This document shows, piece by piece, positions 48,272 through 58,061 of a stretch of 64,000 bases of DNA. Origin of the DNA: an uncultured delta proteobacterium. Its GTDB lineage: Bacteria > Desulfobacterota > Binatia > DP-6. Position 1 is the first letter of the stretch. Each line of letters begins with the position of its first letter. Position numbers and translations under genes: made by a program. The notes beneath the pieces were generated by a model. It was not told the DNA's origin, ran no database searches, and saw nothing but the letters and a program-made list of their open reading frames with translations. The DNA is taken from assembly GCA_963713495.1 (NCBI GenBank), contig CAVQLX010000007.1, positions 755,736 to 819,735 of the forward strand. The letters run 5' to 3'.

Positions 48272-49465
48272 GTGGTGGTAGACGGCGCCGTGGACTTCGC
48301 GGACTCGCCGGACGACGCGCGGTTTCGCGCGACGCTGCGTGCGTGGCTCGCCGAGAACCGCCCCGCGCGCGCCGAGCGCGTGCCGCACGACGATGCCTCC
48401 CTGGCCGAGGAGTTCGCGTTCCTGCGCACGTGGCAGCGGCGGCTCCACGACGCGGGCTACGTCGGACTGCTCTGGCCGCGCGAGTACGGTGGCCGCGATG
48501 CGCCGCCGAGTCAGCAGGCGATCGCGAACGAGGAGCTCGCGCGCGCGCGGGCGCCGCAGCTGCTGAATCGCGTCGGCATCAACAACGCCGGCCCGACGCT
48601 CATCGCCCACGGCAGCGACGAGCTGAAGCGCCGCCTGCTCCCCCCGATCCTCACCGGCGACGAGGTCTGGTGCCAGCTCTTCAGCGAGCCGAACGCGGGA
48701 AGCGATCTCGCCGCGGTGCGCACGCGCGCCGAGCGCGACGGCGACGGGTTCCGCGTGAGCGGGCAGAAGGTGTGGACGAGCTATGCCCAGCTCGCGCGCT
48801 GGGGAATCCTGCTCGCGCGCACCGATCCGTCGCTCCCGAAGCACCGCGGCCTGACCTACTTCATCCTCGACATGCAGCATCCCGGCATCACGATCCGCCC
48901 GCTCCGGCAGATCACCGGCTCGACCGAGTTCAGCGAGGTGTTCCTCGACGCCGTCCCGGTGGCGCGCGCGCACGTCATCGGCGAGGTGAACCGGGGCTGG
49001 GAGATCGCGATGACGACCCTCGCGCACGAGCGCGGGACGGGCTTCGCCTTCAAGGAGCAGGTCCTGCAACGCATCGCCCTGGAGGATCTCTCGACGCTCG
49101 CGCGCGCCCGCGGGCGTGCCGGCGATCCGCGCGTCCGTCAGCGGATCGCGCGCGCCTGGATCGACGTCGAGGTCATGCGCCTGATGAACTGCCGCACCCT
49201 CACCCGTCTCGAGCGAGGCGAGGAGCCGGGCCCGGAGTCGTCGCTGGTGAAGCTCTTCTGGGCCAGCCTCACCCAGCGCGTGCACGAGCTGGGGCTGGAT
49301 CTCGCGGGTCCGCACGCCCAGCTCGTGGCGGGATCACCGCACGCCGTCGAGAACGGCCGCTGGGCCCAGGCGTTCCTCTGGTCCCGGGTGGGAGCCATCG
49401 CCGGCGGGACGTCCGAGGTGCAGGCCAACATCATCGCACAGCGCATGCTCGGCCTGCCGCGCTGA
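48272..49465 (+). CDS. Acyl-CoA dehydrogenase
   Basis: ORF 48209-49465; FSEPNAGSDLAAV, GQKVWTS, GGTSEVQANIIAQ. Start is uncertain (GTG 48272 or 48290). Confidence 0.85.
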   Translation: MVVDGAVDFADSPDDARFRATLRAWLAENRPARAERVPHDDASLAEEFAFLRTWQRRLHDAGYVGLLWPREYGGRDAPPSQQAIANEELARARAPQLLNRVGINNAGPTLIAHGSDELKRRLLPPILTGDEVWCQLFSEPNAGSDLAAVRTRAERDGDGFRVSGQKVWTSYAQLARWGILLARTDPSLPKHRGLTYFILDMQHPGITIRPLRQITGSTEFSEVFLDAVPVARAHVIGEVNRGWEIAMTTLAHERGTGFAFKEQVLQRIALEDLSTLARARGRAGDPRVRQRIARAWIDVEVMRLMNCRTLTRLERGEEPGPESSLVKLFWASLTQRVHELGLDLAGPHAQLVAGSPHAVENGRWAQAFLWSRVGAIAGGTSEVQANIIAQRMLGLPR

Positions 49466-49478
49466 CGCGCGCTTTTTC
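49457..49478 (+). terminator. Short GC hairpin spanning the ACAD stop codon, followed by TTTTT
   Basis: ccgcgc-tgac-gcgcgc then ttttt, read from sequence. Confidence 0.45.
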
Positions 49479-49479
49479 C

Positions 49480-49553
49480 TTGACAGTCCGTTTGCGCCTG
49501 TGGTGCAACAGGCGCCGGGGACGGAGCGGACCGGGCGCAAGCCCGGAGAAGGA
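49480..49553 (+). promoter_or_regulatory. Perfect -35 TTGACA, then two stable hairpins (8-bp stem gcgcctgt/acaggcgc with a GGTGCA loop; ccgggc-GCAA-gcccgg), then a GAGAAGGA RBS; structured leader of the small ORF
   Basis: Read directly; the -10 is weak (TGGTGC region). Confidence 0.35.
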
Positions 49554-49555
49554 CT

Positions 49556-49807
49556 ATGTCCAAGGTCGTGCCGCTCCACCAGATCGATTCGCTCGTCATG
49601 CCGCTCGCCTCCGGCGCAACGCTCCGGGTCACGCGCTTCGTCGAGTCACCGCGCGTGGCGGTCACGCTGTACGGCCCCGAGGGCGGGAACGTCGGCGGGG
49701 TCATCCTGCAGAGCGATCGCGCCCGCCTGCTCGCATCCTGGCTCGAGCGGATGGCCGACGAGAGCGAAGCCGGCTGGGTGGGGCCGAGGCCGCCGGCGGA
49801 GCACTGA
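49556..49807 (+). CDS. Small hypothetical protein (83 aa)
   Basis: ORF 49556-49807 with a strong RBS 3 nt upstream, an ATG start and genome-typical GC3 codons. MSKVVPLHQIDSLVMPLASGATLRVTRFVESPRVAVTLYGPEGGNVGGVILQS. Confidence 0.5.
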   Translation: MSKVVPLHQIDSLVMPLASGATLRVTRFVESPRVAVTLYGPEGGNVGGVILQSDRARLLASWLERMADESEAGWVGPRPPAEH

Positions 49808-49833
49808 CACGACGCCGTCGTCCCCGACGGGTC

Positions 49834-50307
49834 TCACCCCGACCGGGGAGGCGCCGCGGGGTCGCCGGGCGCCTGCACCAGCTCGATCAGCTGGCCGTCG
49901 GGATCGACCACGAAGCAGGCCGCCGAGCCGAAGTCCGGGAACCGCAGGATCGTGTCGTCGAGCACGCGCTCTCCGGCGGCTCGCAGCGCGGCGACGACCG
50001 CGTCGAGGTCGGCGACGCGGAACGACAGATGGGTGAGGCCGACCTCGTTCATCACCCGCGCGCGGTGCGGGGGCGGCGGCGGACTCGCGAAGTGGAGGAG
50101 CTCGATCCGGACGCCGTCGCGCGCGAGGTAGACCGCCTTCAGCTTCGTACCGCGCAGCCGGAGCAGCGTGTCCGTCGGCTCGCCCTCCACCTCCAGCTCG
50201 TGCTCCGGTGCGAAGCCGAGCAGGTCGCGATAGAATCGCAGCGACCGCTCGAGGTCGGACACGCCGATGCCGACGTGCGTGAGCCGCTGGATCGGGATCG
50301 CCGTCAC
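49834..50307 (-). CDS. VOC-family (glyoxalase/bleomycin-resistance/dioxygenase) protein
   Basis: ORF 49834-50307; LTHVGIGVSDLERSLRFYRDLLGF; its GTG start overlaps the upstream stop. Confidence 0.8.
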   Translation of the reverse strand: MTAIPIQRLTHVGIGVSDLERSLRFYRDLLGFAPEHELEVEGEPTDTLLRLRGTKLKAVYLARDGVRIELLHFASPPPPPHRARVMNEVGLTHLSFRVADLDAVVAALRAAGERVLDDTILRFPDFGSAACFVVDPDGQLIELVQAPGDPAAPPRSG

Positions 50308-51350
50308 CGCGCCGCCTCGTCCGTGATCGTCACCTTGATCGATCCCGTCGTCTTGTCGGCGGCGGTGCGGAAGCCCTCGGCGACGTCGGCCAGCGCGAAG
50401 CGATGGGTCACGAAGGTCTCGCCGATCCGCTTCCCGTCGCGCGCCAGCATGTCCTGCACGATCTCGAAGTCGGCGCGCGAGCCGACGCGGTTGTAGACCA
50501 TCGCCCCCTGGATGCGCAGCTCCTTCGCGAGCACGAAGAGCGCGGGGAACGTGAGCTGCTTGGTGAACGCCCCGAGGACGCAGATCGTGCCGCCGGGACG
50601 GCAGAGCGCCACCGCGGAGTCCAGCGTGTCGGCGCTGCCCCCGACCGTCTCGATGACGAGGTCGACCGGCGATTCCAGCGCGGCGTCGCGCAGGGCGTCC
50701 TCGTCGCCGTCCCCGAACACGCGGTCGGCACCGAGCACCTTCGCCGCCGTCCGCTGCTGCGGCCGGCGCGCCGTGACGAGGATCTCGCCCGCCCCGCCGG
50801 CGCGTGCCGCGATGACGGCCGCCAGGCCGATCGTTCCCGCGCCGAGCACCAGCACCCGCTGGCCCAGCGACAGGCCGGCGACCCGCACACCGTGGACGGC
50901 GACGCCGAGCGGCTCCGACAGCGCGGCGGTCGTGAAGGGCACGCCGTCCGGAACGGGGAAGCAGTGCCGCGCCGGGAGCCGGATGAAGTCGGCGAACCCG
51001 CCGGGAATGGTCATCCCGACGATCCCGATCGACGCGCAGTAGTTGTAGATGCCCGCCCGGCAGTAGCGGCAGTGCCCGCAGCTGGCGATGCCCTCGAGCG
51101 CGACGCGGTCACCCGCGCGGAGCGTCGTCACCGCCGACCCGACGTCGGCCACCTCGCCCGCGATCTCGTGCCCGGGACACGACTGCGGCACCATCATCTC
51201 GCCGTGATACCAGTGCAGGTCGGAGCCGCAGATGCCGCAGCTCCGGACCGCGACGACGACGTCCTCCGGCCCCGGCGTCGGACGCGGCAGCTCCTCTACG
51301 ACGACCGTCTGCGGCCCGCGGCAGAGCGCCCCTCGCATCGTGGCGCTCAC
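50304..51350 (-). CDS. Zinc-dependent medium-chain alcohol dehydrogenase (threonine/sorbitol-DH-like)
   Basis: ORF 50304-51350; GICGSDLHWYHG, GHEIAGEV, CGHCRYCRAG, VLGAGTIGL. Confidence 0.9.
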   Translation of the reverse strand: MSATMRGALCRGPQTVVVEELPRPTPGPEDVVVAVRSCGICGSDLHWYHGEMMVPQSCPGHEIAGEVADVGSAVTTLRAGDRVALEGIASCGHCRYCRAGIYNYCASIGIVGMTIPGGFADFIRLPARHCFPVPDGVPFTTAALSEPLGVAVHGVRVAGLSLGQRVLVLGAGTIGLAAVIAARAGGAGEILVTARRPQQRTAAKVLGADRVFGDGDEDALRDAALESPVDLVIETVGGSADTLDSAVALCRPGGTICVLGAFTKQLTFPALFVLAKELRIQGAMVYNRVGSRADFEIVQDMLARDGKRIGETFVTHRFALADVAEGFRTAADKTTGSIKVTITDEAAR

Positions 51351-51351
51351 C

Positions 51352-52107
51352 TCACCACCCCGTGTGATGCTGCTCGATGACCGCGCGGACCTGGGCGGAG
51401 AGGGCGTCGCGGTCCTCGAACCGCAGCCCGGCGGTGGGGATGGGCCGGTCGATCACGATCTCGACCTCGCCAGGCACCACGTTCAGCTTGCTGCCCTTCG
51501 GCATGAGGCGCCGCGTGCCGCGACAGATCACCGGGACGACGGGGAGCCCGAGCCGGATGGCCAGGACGAACGCGCCCTTCTTGAACTCCGCCAGCCGCCC
51601 GTCGCGGCTGCGCGACCCCTCGGGGAAGACGACGAACGAGTCGCCGTCGCTCCGCACGCGGTTGAGTGCGGCGATCGCCTCCGCCGAGCTCTCGCGATCG
51701 ATCGGCACCATGCCGAGGGAATCGAGCACGGCCCCGACGACGGCGTGCCTCCACAGACTCTGCTTGGCGGCGAAGCGCACGGCGCCGGGGAGGTGGCCGA
51801 GGAGCGCCAGGATGTCGAGGTGGCTCTGATGGTTCGGCGTGTAGACCACGGGACCCATGCCGGCGACGTGCTCCAGGCCCGTCACCGTGACCCGCACACC
51901 CAGCATCCGCTCGAGCGTGCGTGCGCGCGCCTTCGCGAAGCCCCACGCCAGGCGACGGTTGCCCGTGACGCGGTGGAGCCCGACGGCGACGGCGCCCATG
52001 CCGACCAGCATGCTGCGGAAGAGATACGGCGACAGCACCACGCGCAGCGAGCGCATCTCCGCGTCGGTCACCACGCCCCGGGCTGCCGCGGATCGCGAGT
52101 CCACCAT
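51352..52107 (-). CDS. plsC: 1-acyl-sn-glycerol-3-phosphate acyltransferase
   Basis: In ORF 51352-52974; NHQSHLDILAL (HX4D), FPEGSRS. Start is ambiguous (ATG 52107 or upstream ATGs to about 52176). Confidence 0.8.
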   Translation of the reverse strand: MVDSRSAAARGVVTDAEMRSLRVVLSPYLFRSMLVGMGAVAVGLHRVTGNRRLAWGFAKARARTLERMLGVRVTVTGLEHVAGMGPVVYTPNHQSHLDILALLGHLPGAVRFAAKQSLWRHAVVGAVLDSLGMVPIDRESSAEAIAALNRVRSDGDSFVVFPEGSRSRDGRLAEFKKGAFVLAIRLGLPVVPVICRGTRRLMPKGSKLNVVPGEVEIVIDRPIPTAGLRFEDRDALSAQVRAVIEQHHTGW

Positions 52108-52284
52108 CGCGGGCGGCTTTAGCAGCTTCGACCGTCCGGCGGAATCCCCGGTTTCATGGCGCATGAGATGCATCTTCCGCCGGCGGTCCGACTCGCTTCG
52201 GGCCGACTGGCGTGAGACGTGCCGTCGTGCAACGGATGTCGCGATGACAACCCCGCGCAGCGGAGCGCGGCGAGGAGAACGGCG

Positions 52285-53202
52285 ATGCTGGTGAATCCGA
52301 AGGCCGAGCTGGCAAGAGCCCGTCGCGAAGGCTGGGCGCTCGGCGGCTTCAACGTCTTCAACCTGGAATCGGCGCGCGCGGTGATCGCCGCGGGCGAGGA
52401 GCTCGCGGCGCCGCTGCTGGTGCAAACGTCCGAGGGCGCGGTGAAGCACGCCGGCCTCGAGAACCTGGTCGCGATCGTGCGCGAGCTGGCCGGCCGGACG
52501 AAGGCGCCCGTGGCACTGCACCTCGATCATGGCAAGAGCGAGGAGCTGGCGCGCGCCGCGGTCGACGCGGGCTACACCTCCGTGATGATCGACGCCTCGC
52601 GCGAGTCGTTCGAGGAGAACCTGCGCGAGACGCGCGACATCGTGGCGTACGCGCATGCTCGCGGCGTGCACGTGGAAGCCGAGCTCGGCACGCTCGGCGG
52701 GATCGAGGATCTCGGCGAGCAGGCGATGCGGTCGATGCTGACGGATCCGGATCAGGCCGTCCGGTTCGCCACCGAGACCGAGGTGGATGCGCTGGCGGTG
52801 GCGATCGGCACCTCGCACGGCGCGTACAAGTTCAAGGGCGAGCCGCACCTCGATCTCGACCGGCTGCGCGAGATCGCGTCGCGCGTGTCGCAGCCGATCG
52901 TGCTTCACGGTGCCTCCTCGTTGCCGGAGGCGGGGGTCGAGCTGGCGACGCGCTACGGCGCGAAGCTCCCGCACGCGCGAGGCATCCCGGAGGAGCTCAT
53001 CCAGCAGGCGGTCAAGCTGGGCATCGCCAAGGTCAACACGGATTCCGACCTGCGCCTCGCCGCGCTCGGACGCTTGCGCCAGGTGCTCGTGGAGCGCCCG
53101 GACATCTTCAACCTCTACGAGCTGATGGGCGAGATGGAGACCGCCATCCGCACCACCACGGCGGAGCGCATCCGGATGCTGGGAAGCGCCGGCCGGGCGT
53201 GA
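52285..53202 (+). CDS. fba: Class II fructose/tagatose-bisphosphate aldolase
   Basis: In ORF 52219-53202 from ATG 52285 (GGAGAA RBS); GFNVFNLE, HLDHG, HGASS motifs. Confidence 0.85.
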   Translation: MLVNPKAELARARREGWALGGFNVFNLESARAVIAAGEELAAPLLVQTSEGAVKHAGLENLVAIVRELAGRTKAPVALHLDHGKSEELARAAVDAGYTSVMIDASRESFEENLRETRDIVAYAHARGVHVEAELGTLGGIEDLGEQAMRSMLTDPDQAVRFATETEVDALAVAIGTSHGAYKFKGEPHLDLDRLREIASRVSQPIVLHGASSLPEAGVELATRYGAKLPHARGIPEELIQQAVKLGIAKVNTDSDLRLAALGRLRQVLVERPDIFNLYELMGEMETAIRTTTAERIRMLGSAGRA

Positions 53203-53209
53203 TCCGCGA

Positions 53210-54436
53210 TCACGCGAACTCGGCCGCGGGACGGTCTCGCGCCAGCGTCTCCGGCGACAGGACGAGCACCGGGTAGCGCGCGCCCGCGTCGAGCGTATCC
53301 GCCGCGGCCGGCCCGACGAGGAGCCCCGCGCCCCGGCCGAGCGACGTGAGCACGCCCGAGCTCTGCGACGCCGCGGGGCGCGCGCTCCAACCGTCCGCGT
53401 CCGCGGACAGCCAGACGCGCACGAACTCGGTCAGCTTCGTGGCCTTCTTCACCGCCGTGGCGAGGGTCGCGTCGATCATCGGCAGGTGCAGATGGCGATG
53501 CCCGCCGAGCCGCCGGAGGGCGGGCCGCACGTACACCGCGAAGCAGACCAGCGCCGATACCGGGTTTCCCGGCAGCCCGAAGAACAGGCGCCCGCCGCGG
53601 GTGCCGAAGGTGAGCGGCTTGCCCGGCTTCTGCGCCACCTTCCAGAACCGCCGCTCGACGCCGAGCGCGTCGAGCGCTTCCTTCACGAAGTCGAACTCGC
53701 CGACGGAGACGCCGCCCGTGGAGAGCACGACGTCGGCGGTCGCGGCCTCGGCGAGGCGGTCACGGATGTCCTCGAAGCGGTCGCGCACGATCGGCAGGAC
53801 GACGGGCTCGCCGCTCGCCTCGGAGACGGCGGCCGCGAGGGCATACGCATTGCTGTTCACGACCTGGCCCGGTCCGGGGGTCTCGTCCACCTCGACCAGC
53901 TCGGCGCCGGTCGAGAGGATCGCGACGCGCGGGCGGCGGTGCACCACGACGGTGGCGCGGCCGACGGACGCGAGCACACCGACGTCGGCGGGACCGATGA
54001 CCGCGCCAGCCTCGAGGACGACGGCGCCCGGCTCGATGTCCTCGCCCGCCAGGCGGACGTTGGCGCCCGGCCGCACCGGCACGTGGATGGTGACGATGCC
54101 GTCACGCTCCTCGGTGTCCTCGACCCGCACGACGGTATCCGCCCCGTCCGGGACGACGGACCCGGTGAAGATCTTGGCCGCGGTGCCCGGCTCGACGGGC
54201 ACGGCGAGCAACGTGCCGGCGGGCGCGCTCCCGATCAGCCGCAGCCGTGCCGGTGCCGTGCGCACGTCGTCGCCGCGCACGGCGAACCCGTCCATCGCGG
54301 AGTTGGCGGCCGCGGGGACCGCGCGGGCGGCGACGACGTCCTCGCCGGCGACACGACCGGCCGCGGTGCCGAGCAGCAGCCGCTCCGTCCCGAGCACCGG
54401 CGTCGCCTCGAGCACCGCGCGGAGGGCGTCACCGAC
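53210..54436 (-). CDS. moeA: Molybdopterin molybdotransferase
   Basis: In ORF 53210-55042; (M)ISVGDALRAVLE..., GEFDFVKEAL, GLPGNPVSALV. GTG start at complement 54434-54436. Confidence 0.85.
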   Translation of the reverse strand, partial: VGDALRAVLEATPVLGTERLLLGTAAGRVAGEDVVAARAVPAAANSAMDGFAVRGDDVRTAPARLRLIGSAPAGTLLAVPVEPGTAAKIFTGSVVPDGADTVVRVEDTEERDGIVTIHVPVRPGANVRLAGEDIEPGAVVLEAGAVIGPADVGVLASVGRATVVVHRRPRVAILSTGAELVEVDETPGPGQVVNSNAYALAAAVSEASGEPVVLPIVRDRFEDIRDRLAEAATADVVLSTGGVSVGEFDFVKEALDALGVERRFWKVAQKPGKPLTFGTRGGRLFFGLPGNPVSALVCFAVYVRPALRRLGGHRHLHLPMIDATLATAVKKATKLTEFVRVWLSADADGWSARPAASQSSGVLTSLGRGAGLLVGPAAADTLDAGARYPVLVLSPETLARDRPAAEFA

Positions 54437-54523
54437 CGAGATCACGGCCGAGCGATAGCGCGACCCCTGCCACCACGCAACGCATGCTGGACTTGAGCAC
54501 GTGGCACGGGCTAGGCGGACGGC

Positions 54524-55342
54524 ATGCCACGGTCCCGCGGCCGGACGCTCTCGCACGCCGGCCTCCGCCTTCACCTGCTCGACTGGGGAACGCCGGGATT
54601 CCCACCGCTGCTCCTGCTGCACGGCGCCGCGCAGACCGCGCACAGCTTCGACGAGGTGGCGCCGGCGCTGGCGCGCGACCATCACGTGCTGGCGCTCGAC
54701 CAGCGCGGCCACGGCGATTCCGGCTGGGCCGCGCGCTACGACCGCGAGGCGTTCGTCGGCGACATCGCGGCCGTGCTCGACGCCCAGGGCTGGCCCGAGG
54801 TGACGCTCGTGGCGATGAGCCTCGGCGGCCTCAACGCCATCGCCTTCGCCGCCGCGAGGCCGGAGTCCGTGCGCGGCCTCGTCGTGGTCGACGTCGTCCC
54901 GTCCGTCGCGCCGGCGGGACGCGAAGCCATCGGCCGCCAGCTGGCGGTGCACGACTTCGCGACCTTCGACGACGCCGTCCGGCACGCCCGCGCGTTCAAT
55001 CCCCGCCGCACGGTGGCCAACATACGCGAGCGTCTCCACCACGCCATGCGCAAGGGACCGGAGGGCCGCTGGACCTGGAAATTCGATCCCGCGATCGGCG
55101 GTGCCGCGGGACGCAACGTCGAGGCGTTGTGGTGGGCCGTCGGCCGGCTACGCTGTCCGACGCTCCTCGTGCGCGGAGGCGAGAGCAACATCCTGACCGC
55201 CGACGGGGCGGAGCGCTTCGTGCGCACCGTTCCCGGCAGCCGGATCGCCGTCGTGGCGGGGGCCGGCCACTCCGTCATGGGCGACAACCCGCCGGGGTTC
55301 CTCGCTGCCGTCCGGCCCTTCCTCTCCCGGCACGGCCTCTGA
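54524..55342 (+). CDS. Alpha/beta-fold hydrolase
   Basis: ORF 54524-55342; LLLLHGAAQTAHSF, AMSLGG, GAGHSV. Confidence 0.85.
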   Translation: MPRSRGRTLSHAGLRLHLLDWGTPGFPPLLLLHGAAQTAHSFDEVAPALARDHHVLALDQRGHGDSGWAARYDREAFVGDIAAVLDAQGWPEVTLVAMSLGGLNAIAFAAARPESVRGLVVVDVVPSVAPAGREAIGRQLAVHDFATFDDAVRHARAFNPRRTVANIRERLHHAMRKGPEGRWTWKFDPAIGGAAGRNVEALWWAVGRLRCPTLLVRGGESNILTADGAERFVRTVPGSRIAVVAGAGHSVMGDNPPGFLAAVRPFLSRHGL

Positions 55343-55753
55343 TGCGCGCGCGCCGGCTGGTCGGCGCAGCCGCGCTCGCCGCCCTCGCGTTCGGCGTCGT
55401 CACCCTGGTCGCGCTCGAGGGCGTCGAGGTGGTGCAGCTCCGGACCGTCGCACCCGACGGCAGCGTGCGCACGACGCGGACCTGGGTCGCCGACGACGCG
55501 GGAGCGACGTGGATCGAGGCGGCCAACCCGGAACGCCCGTTCCTGCTCGATCTCCAGGCGCGGCCGGACGTGTCGCTGGTCCGCCGCGGCGGCGAGCAGC
55601 GCCTGCGCGCGGTTCCGGTGCCGGGAGACGCCCCGCACCGGCGGATCCGGGAGCTGCTGCGCGCTGAAGTACGGCTGGGCCGACGCGTGGATCGGGCTGC
55701 TCGCGAACACCTCGCGCTCGGTCGCTGTCCGGCTCGAGCCCGCGCCGGGTTGA
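55342..55753 (+). CDS. DUF385 / deazaflavin (F420H2)-dependent nitroreductase-family protein, membrane-anchored; frame interrupted at about 55650-55665
   Basis: ATG overlaps the upstream stop (TGATG); MRARRLVGAAALAALAFGVVTLV...VRTTRTWVADDAGATWIEAANPERPFLLDLQARPDVSLVRRGGEQRLRAVPV. The C-terminus continues in a shifted frame as LKYGWADAWIGLLANTSRSVAVRLEPAPG-stop. Confidence 0.55.
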
Positions 55754-56530
55754 TCAGGCGGGGCGGCGTGCGAGGAACAGGTGCTCCTCGTTCCGTTCCT
55801 CGAACCCGTCGGGATGATGCGCGGACAGCTCCTCGCCCAGGCGATCGAGAAACGCCGCGTGATTCGTCCCGGCGAAGCGTCGGATCCACTCGAGGGTCGA
55901 CACGTAGCCGTGGAACTCCTCCACCGTGAAGGAGAGCACCGTGTGCAGCAGGAGCGGCGGCTCGCTCTCGAGCCCCGAGCCCGCGAACGGGTCGGCAGGG
56001 TGGACGCGGAATTCCTCGAACACGTGCGACATCGGGACGCCGACTCGCGAGAGCACCTCCGCCACCAGCCGGATCGACGGCTCGCCGCGCGCGGCGTAGC
56101 GCCAGAAGAGCGCCACCCAGCCACCCGGCGCGAGCACACGGCGGAACTCCTCGAGTGCCGGCAGCGGCGCCAGCCAGTGGAACGAGGTGCCACAGGTGAC
56201 GAGCGACGCCGCGCCGTCGCGCAGCGGAAGCGCCTCGCCGCGCGCGCGCACGAGGCGGAGCGTGCCGCCGGCGGCGACGCGCGCCTCCGCCAGCATGGGG
56301 GCGGAGAAGTCGACGCCGATCGCGTTCCACTCGCGGTGTCCGAGGCTCGTCGTGACGAAGCCCGTGCCGCAGCCGACGTCGACGGCGAGCCGCCCCGCCG
56401 CCGCGCCCGCGTGTTCCGTGACGGCGTCGTACAGGGCCGCCGAGTAGTCGCGCCGCCAGAGTCCGTATGACGACGCCTGATGCCGGAAGTCGAACGGCTC
56501 GTCGCTGCGCGGCAGTGCGAACTCCGCCAT
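55754..56530 (-). CDS. Class I SAM-dependent methyltransferase
   Basis: ORF 55754-56530; VDVGCGTGF, FHWL. Its stop abuts the upstream convergent stop (TGATCA). Confidence 0.85.
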   Translation of the reverse strand: MAEFALPRSDEPFDFRHQASSYGLWRRDYSAALYDAVTEHAGAAAGRLAVDVGCGTGFVTTSLGHREWNAIGVDFSAPMLAEARVAAGGTLRLVRARGEALPLRDGAASLVTCGTSFHWLAPLPALEEFRRVLAPGGWVALFWRYAARGEPSIRLVAEVLSRVGVPMSHVFEEFRVHPADPFAGSGLESEPPLLLHTVLSFTVEEFHGYVSTLEWIRRFAGTNHAAFLDRLGEELSAHHPDGFEERNEEHLFLARRPA

Positions 56531-56596
56531 GCGGGCAGCCTAGCGCGCCGCACCGCGCCTTGCACCTCCCGCCGGCGACGTCGCATACCGCCCTGC

Positions 56597-57724
56597 ATGA
56601 AGTTCGACCTCCTCTACGAGCTCCAGATGCCGAAGCCGCACGACGATCGCAGCGAGTACCGCTGCTATCACGAAGCGCTCGAGCAGATCGTCCTCGCCGA
56701 CGAGCTGGGCTACGACACCATCTGGGAGGTCGAGCACCACTTCCTCACCGAGTTCGCGCATTCCTCGGCCCCCGAGGTCTTCCTGGCGGCGGTCTCGCAG
56801 CGCACCAAGCGCATCCGGCTGGGGCACGGCGTCACCCTGCTTCCTCACAAGTTCAACCACCCCATCCGGGTGGCCGAGCGCGTCGCGGCGCTCGACCTGC
56901 TGTCCGACGGGCGGGTCGAGTTCGGCACCGGCCGCTCGAGCCAGTTCGAGCAGGCGGGCTTCGAGATCGATACCGAGCAATCGCGCGACATGTGGCAGGA
57001 GTCGCTCGAGATCATCCCCCGGATGTGGACGGAGGATCCCTTCGAGTACCAGGGCCGCTTCGTGTCCATCCCGTCGCGCAGCATCCTGCCGAAGCCGCTG
57101 CAGCGGCCGCATCCACCGATCTGGGCCGCGGCGACGAGCCCGCAGACCTGGGAGCTCGCCGGGCGCAACGGGATCGGCATCCTCGGCCTCACCATCTTCG
57201 TCAGCGTCCCGCAGCTCGCCGACCGCGTGCGTGCCTATCGCGCGGCCCTGCGGGACGCGAAGCCCGTCGGCAAGTTCGTCAACGACCGCGTCGGCGCGTT
57301 CACCATCGTCCACGTCGCCGGGTCGAAGGCAGAGGCCGTGGCCAACGGCGGTGCGGACGCCGCCATGAACTACCTTCTGTACGCCTTCCGCGTTCTCGGC
57401 GGCTTCGCCGACCCGCGCGGGCGCGGCATGCAGCGCGAGTATGCCGATCAGGAGATCAAGAGCACGCCCTATCGCGATCTGATCGCCAAGGAATATCCGC
57501 TGATCCTCAAGATGCAGCAGGGGACGTGCACGTTCGACGACCTCGACACCGAGGACATGGTGATCGTCGGCGACGTGGATCACTGCCTGCGGAAGGTCGA
57601 GCGCTATGCGGAGGCCGGCCTCGACCATTTCATCTCGCTGATGCAGGCCGACCGCATCCCGCACGACGCGGTGAAGCGCTCGATCGAGCTCTTCGCGACC
57701 AAGATCGCCCCCCGCTTCCGCTAA
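56597..57724 (+). CDS. LLM-class flavin/F420-dependent oxidoreductase
   Basis: In ORF 56480-57724 from ATG 56597; MKFDLLYELQMPKP...LGYDTIWEVEHHF. Confidence 0.85.
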   Translation: MKFDLLYELQMPKPHDDRSEYRCYHEALEQIVLADELGYDTIWEVEHHFLTEFAHSSAPEVFLAAVSQRTKRIRLGHGVTLLPHKFNHPIRVAERVAALDLLSDGRVEFGTGRSSQFEQAGFEIDTEQSRDMWQESLEIIPRMWTEDPFEYQGRFVSIPSRSILPKPLQRPHPPIWAAATSPQTWELAGRNGIGILGLTIFVSVPQLADRVRAYRAALRDAKPVGKFVNDRVGAFTIVHVAGSKAEAVANGGADAAMNYLLYAFRVLGGFADPRGRGMQREYADQEIKSTPYRDLIAKEYPLILKMQQGTCTFDDLDTEDMVIVGDVDHCLRKVERYAEAGLDHFISLMQADRIPHDAVKRSIELFATKIAPRFR

Positions 57725-57730
57725 GGACTC

Positions 57731-57786
57731 TTGACAGCCGGGTGCCTCCGGAGTAGCGGGTACGAACTGACATGTCAGTATATATC
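57731..57786 (+). promoter_or_regulatory. Perfect TTGACA, a 12-nt perfect palindrome CTGACATGTCAG (57767-57778), then TATATAT; candidate promoter/operator in a 427-nt intergenic region
   Basis: Read from sequence; locally AT-rich compared with the window. Confidence 0.3.
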
Positions 57787-58026
57787 CGGGGCCGAAGCTG
57801 TCACTTCGGCATAGCCGGCCCGGCACGCCGCGTCGTGTTCGAGGGTGCCACCGACGCGGCGACCGAGGGACACCGGAGGGTGCAACTTCTGCATCCCCGC
57901 GACCGGCAACGGATCGGTCGACGGCGTGGCGGACCTACCCGGACCTGGCTCCCTGAGCTCGCCCGGAAACGCGCAGTTCGTCGCGTCTCCGTCCGGAGCA
58001 TTCCTGAACTGGTCCGCTGAGTAACA

Positions 58027-58061
58027 CCCCCGGCGCCGGTCGAGCCGGCCGGCGCCGGGGG
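58027..58061 (+). terminator. Very stable 13-bp GC stem-loop (cccccggcgccgg ... ccggcgccggggg), no U-tract
   Basis: Read from sequence; lies in the intergenic region upstream of the transglutaminase-like gene. Confidence 0.3.

Noticed and set aside
57772-58020. 82-aa ORF as a protein-coding gene
   Set aside because: Arg-rich product; many A/T-ending codons (tca, gta, tat, ata, caa, ctt, aaa, gtt) against a strong GC3 bias elsewhere; no RBS. It is treated as a non-coding or regulatory region instead.
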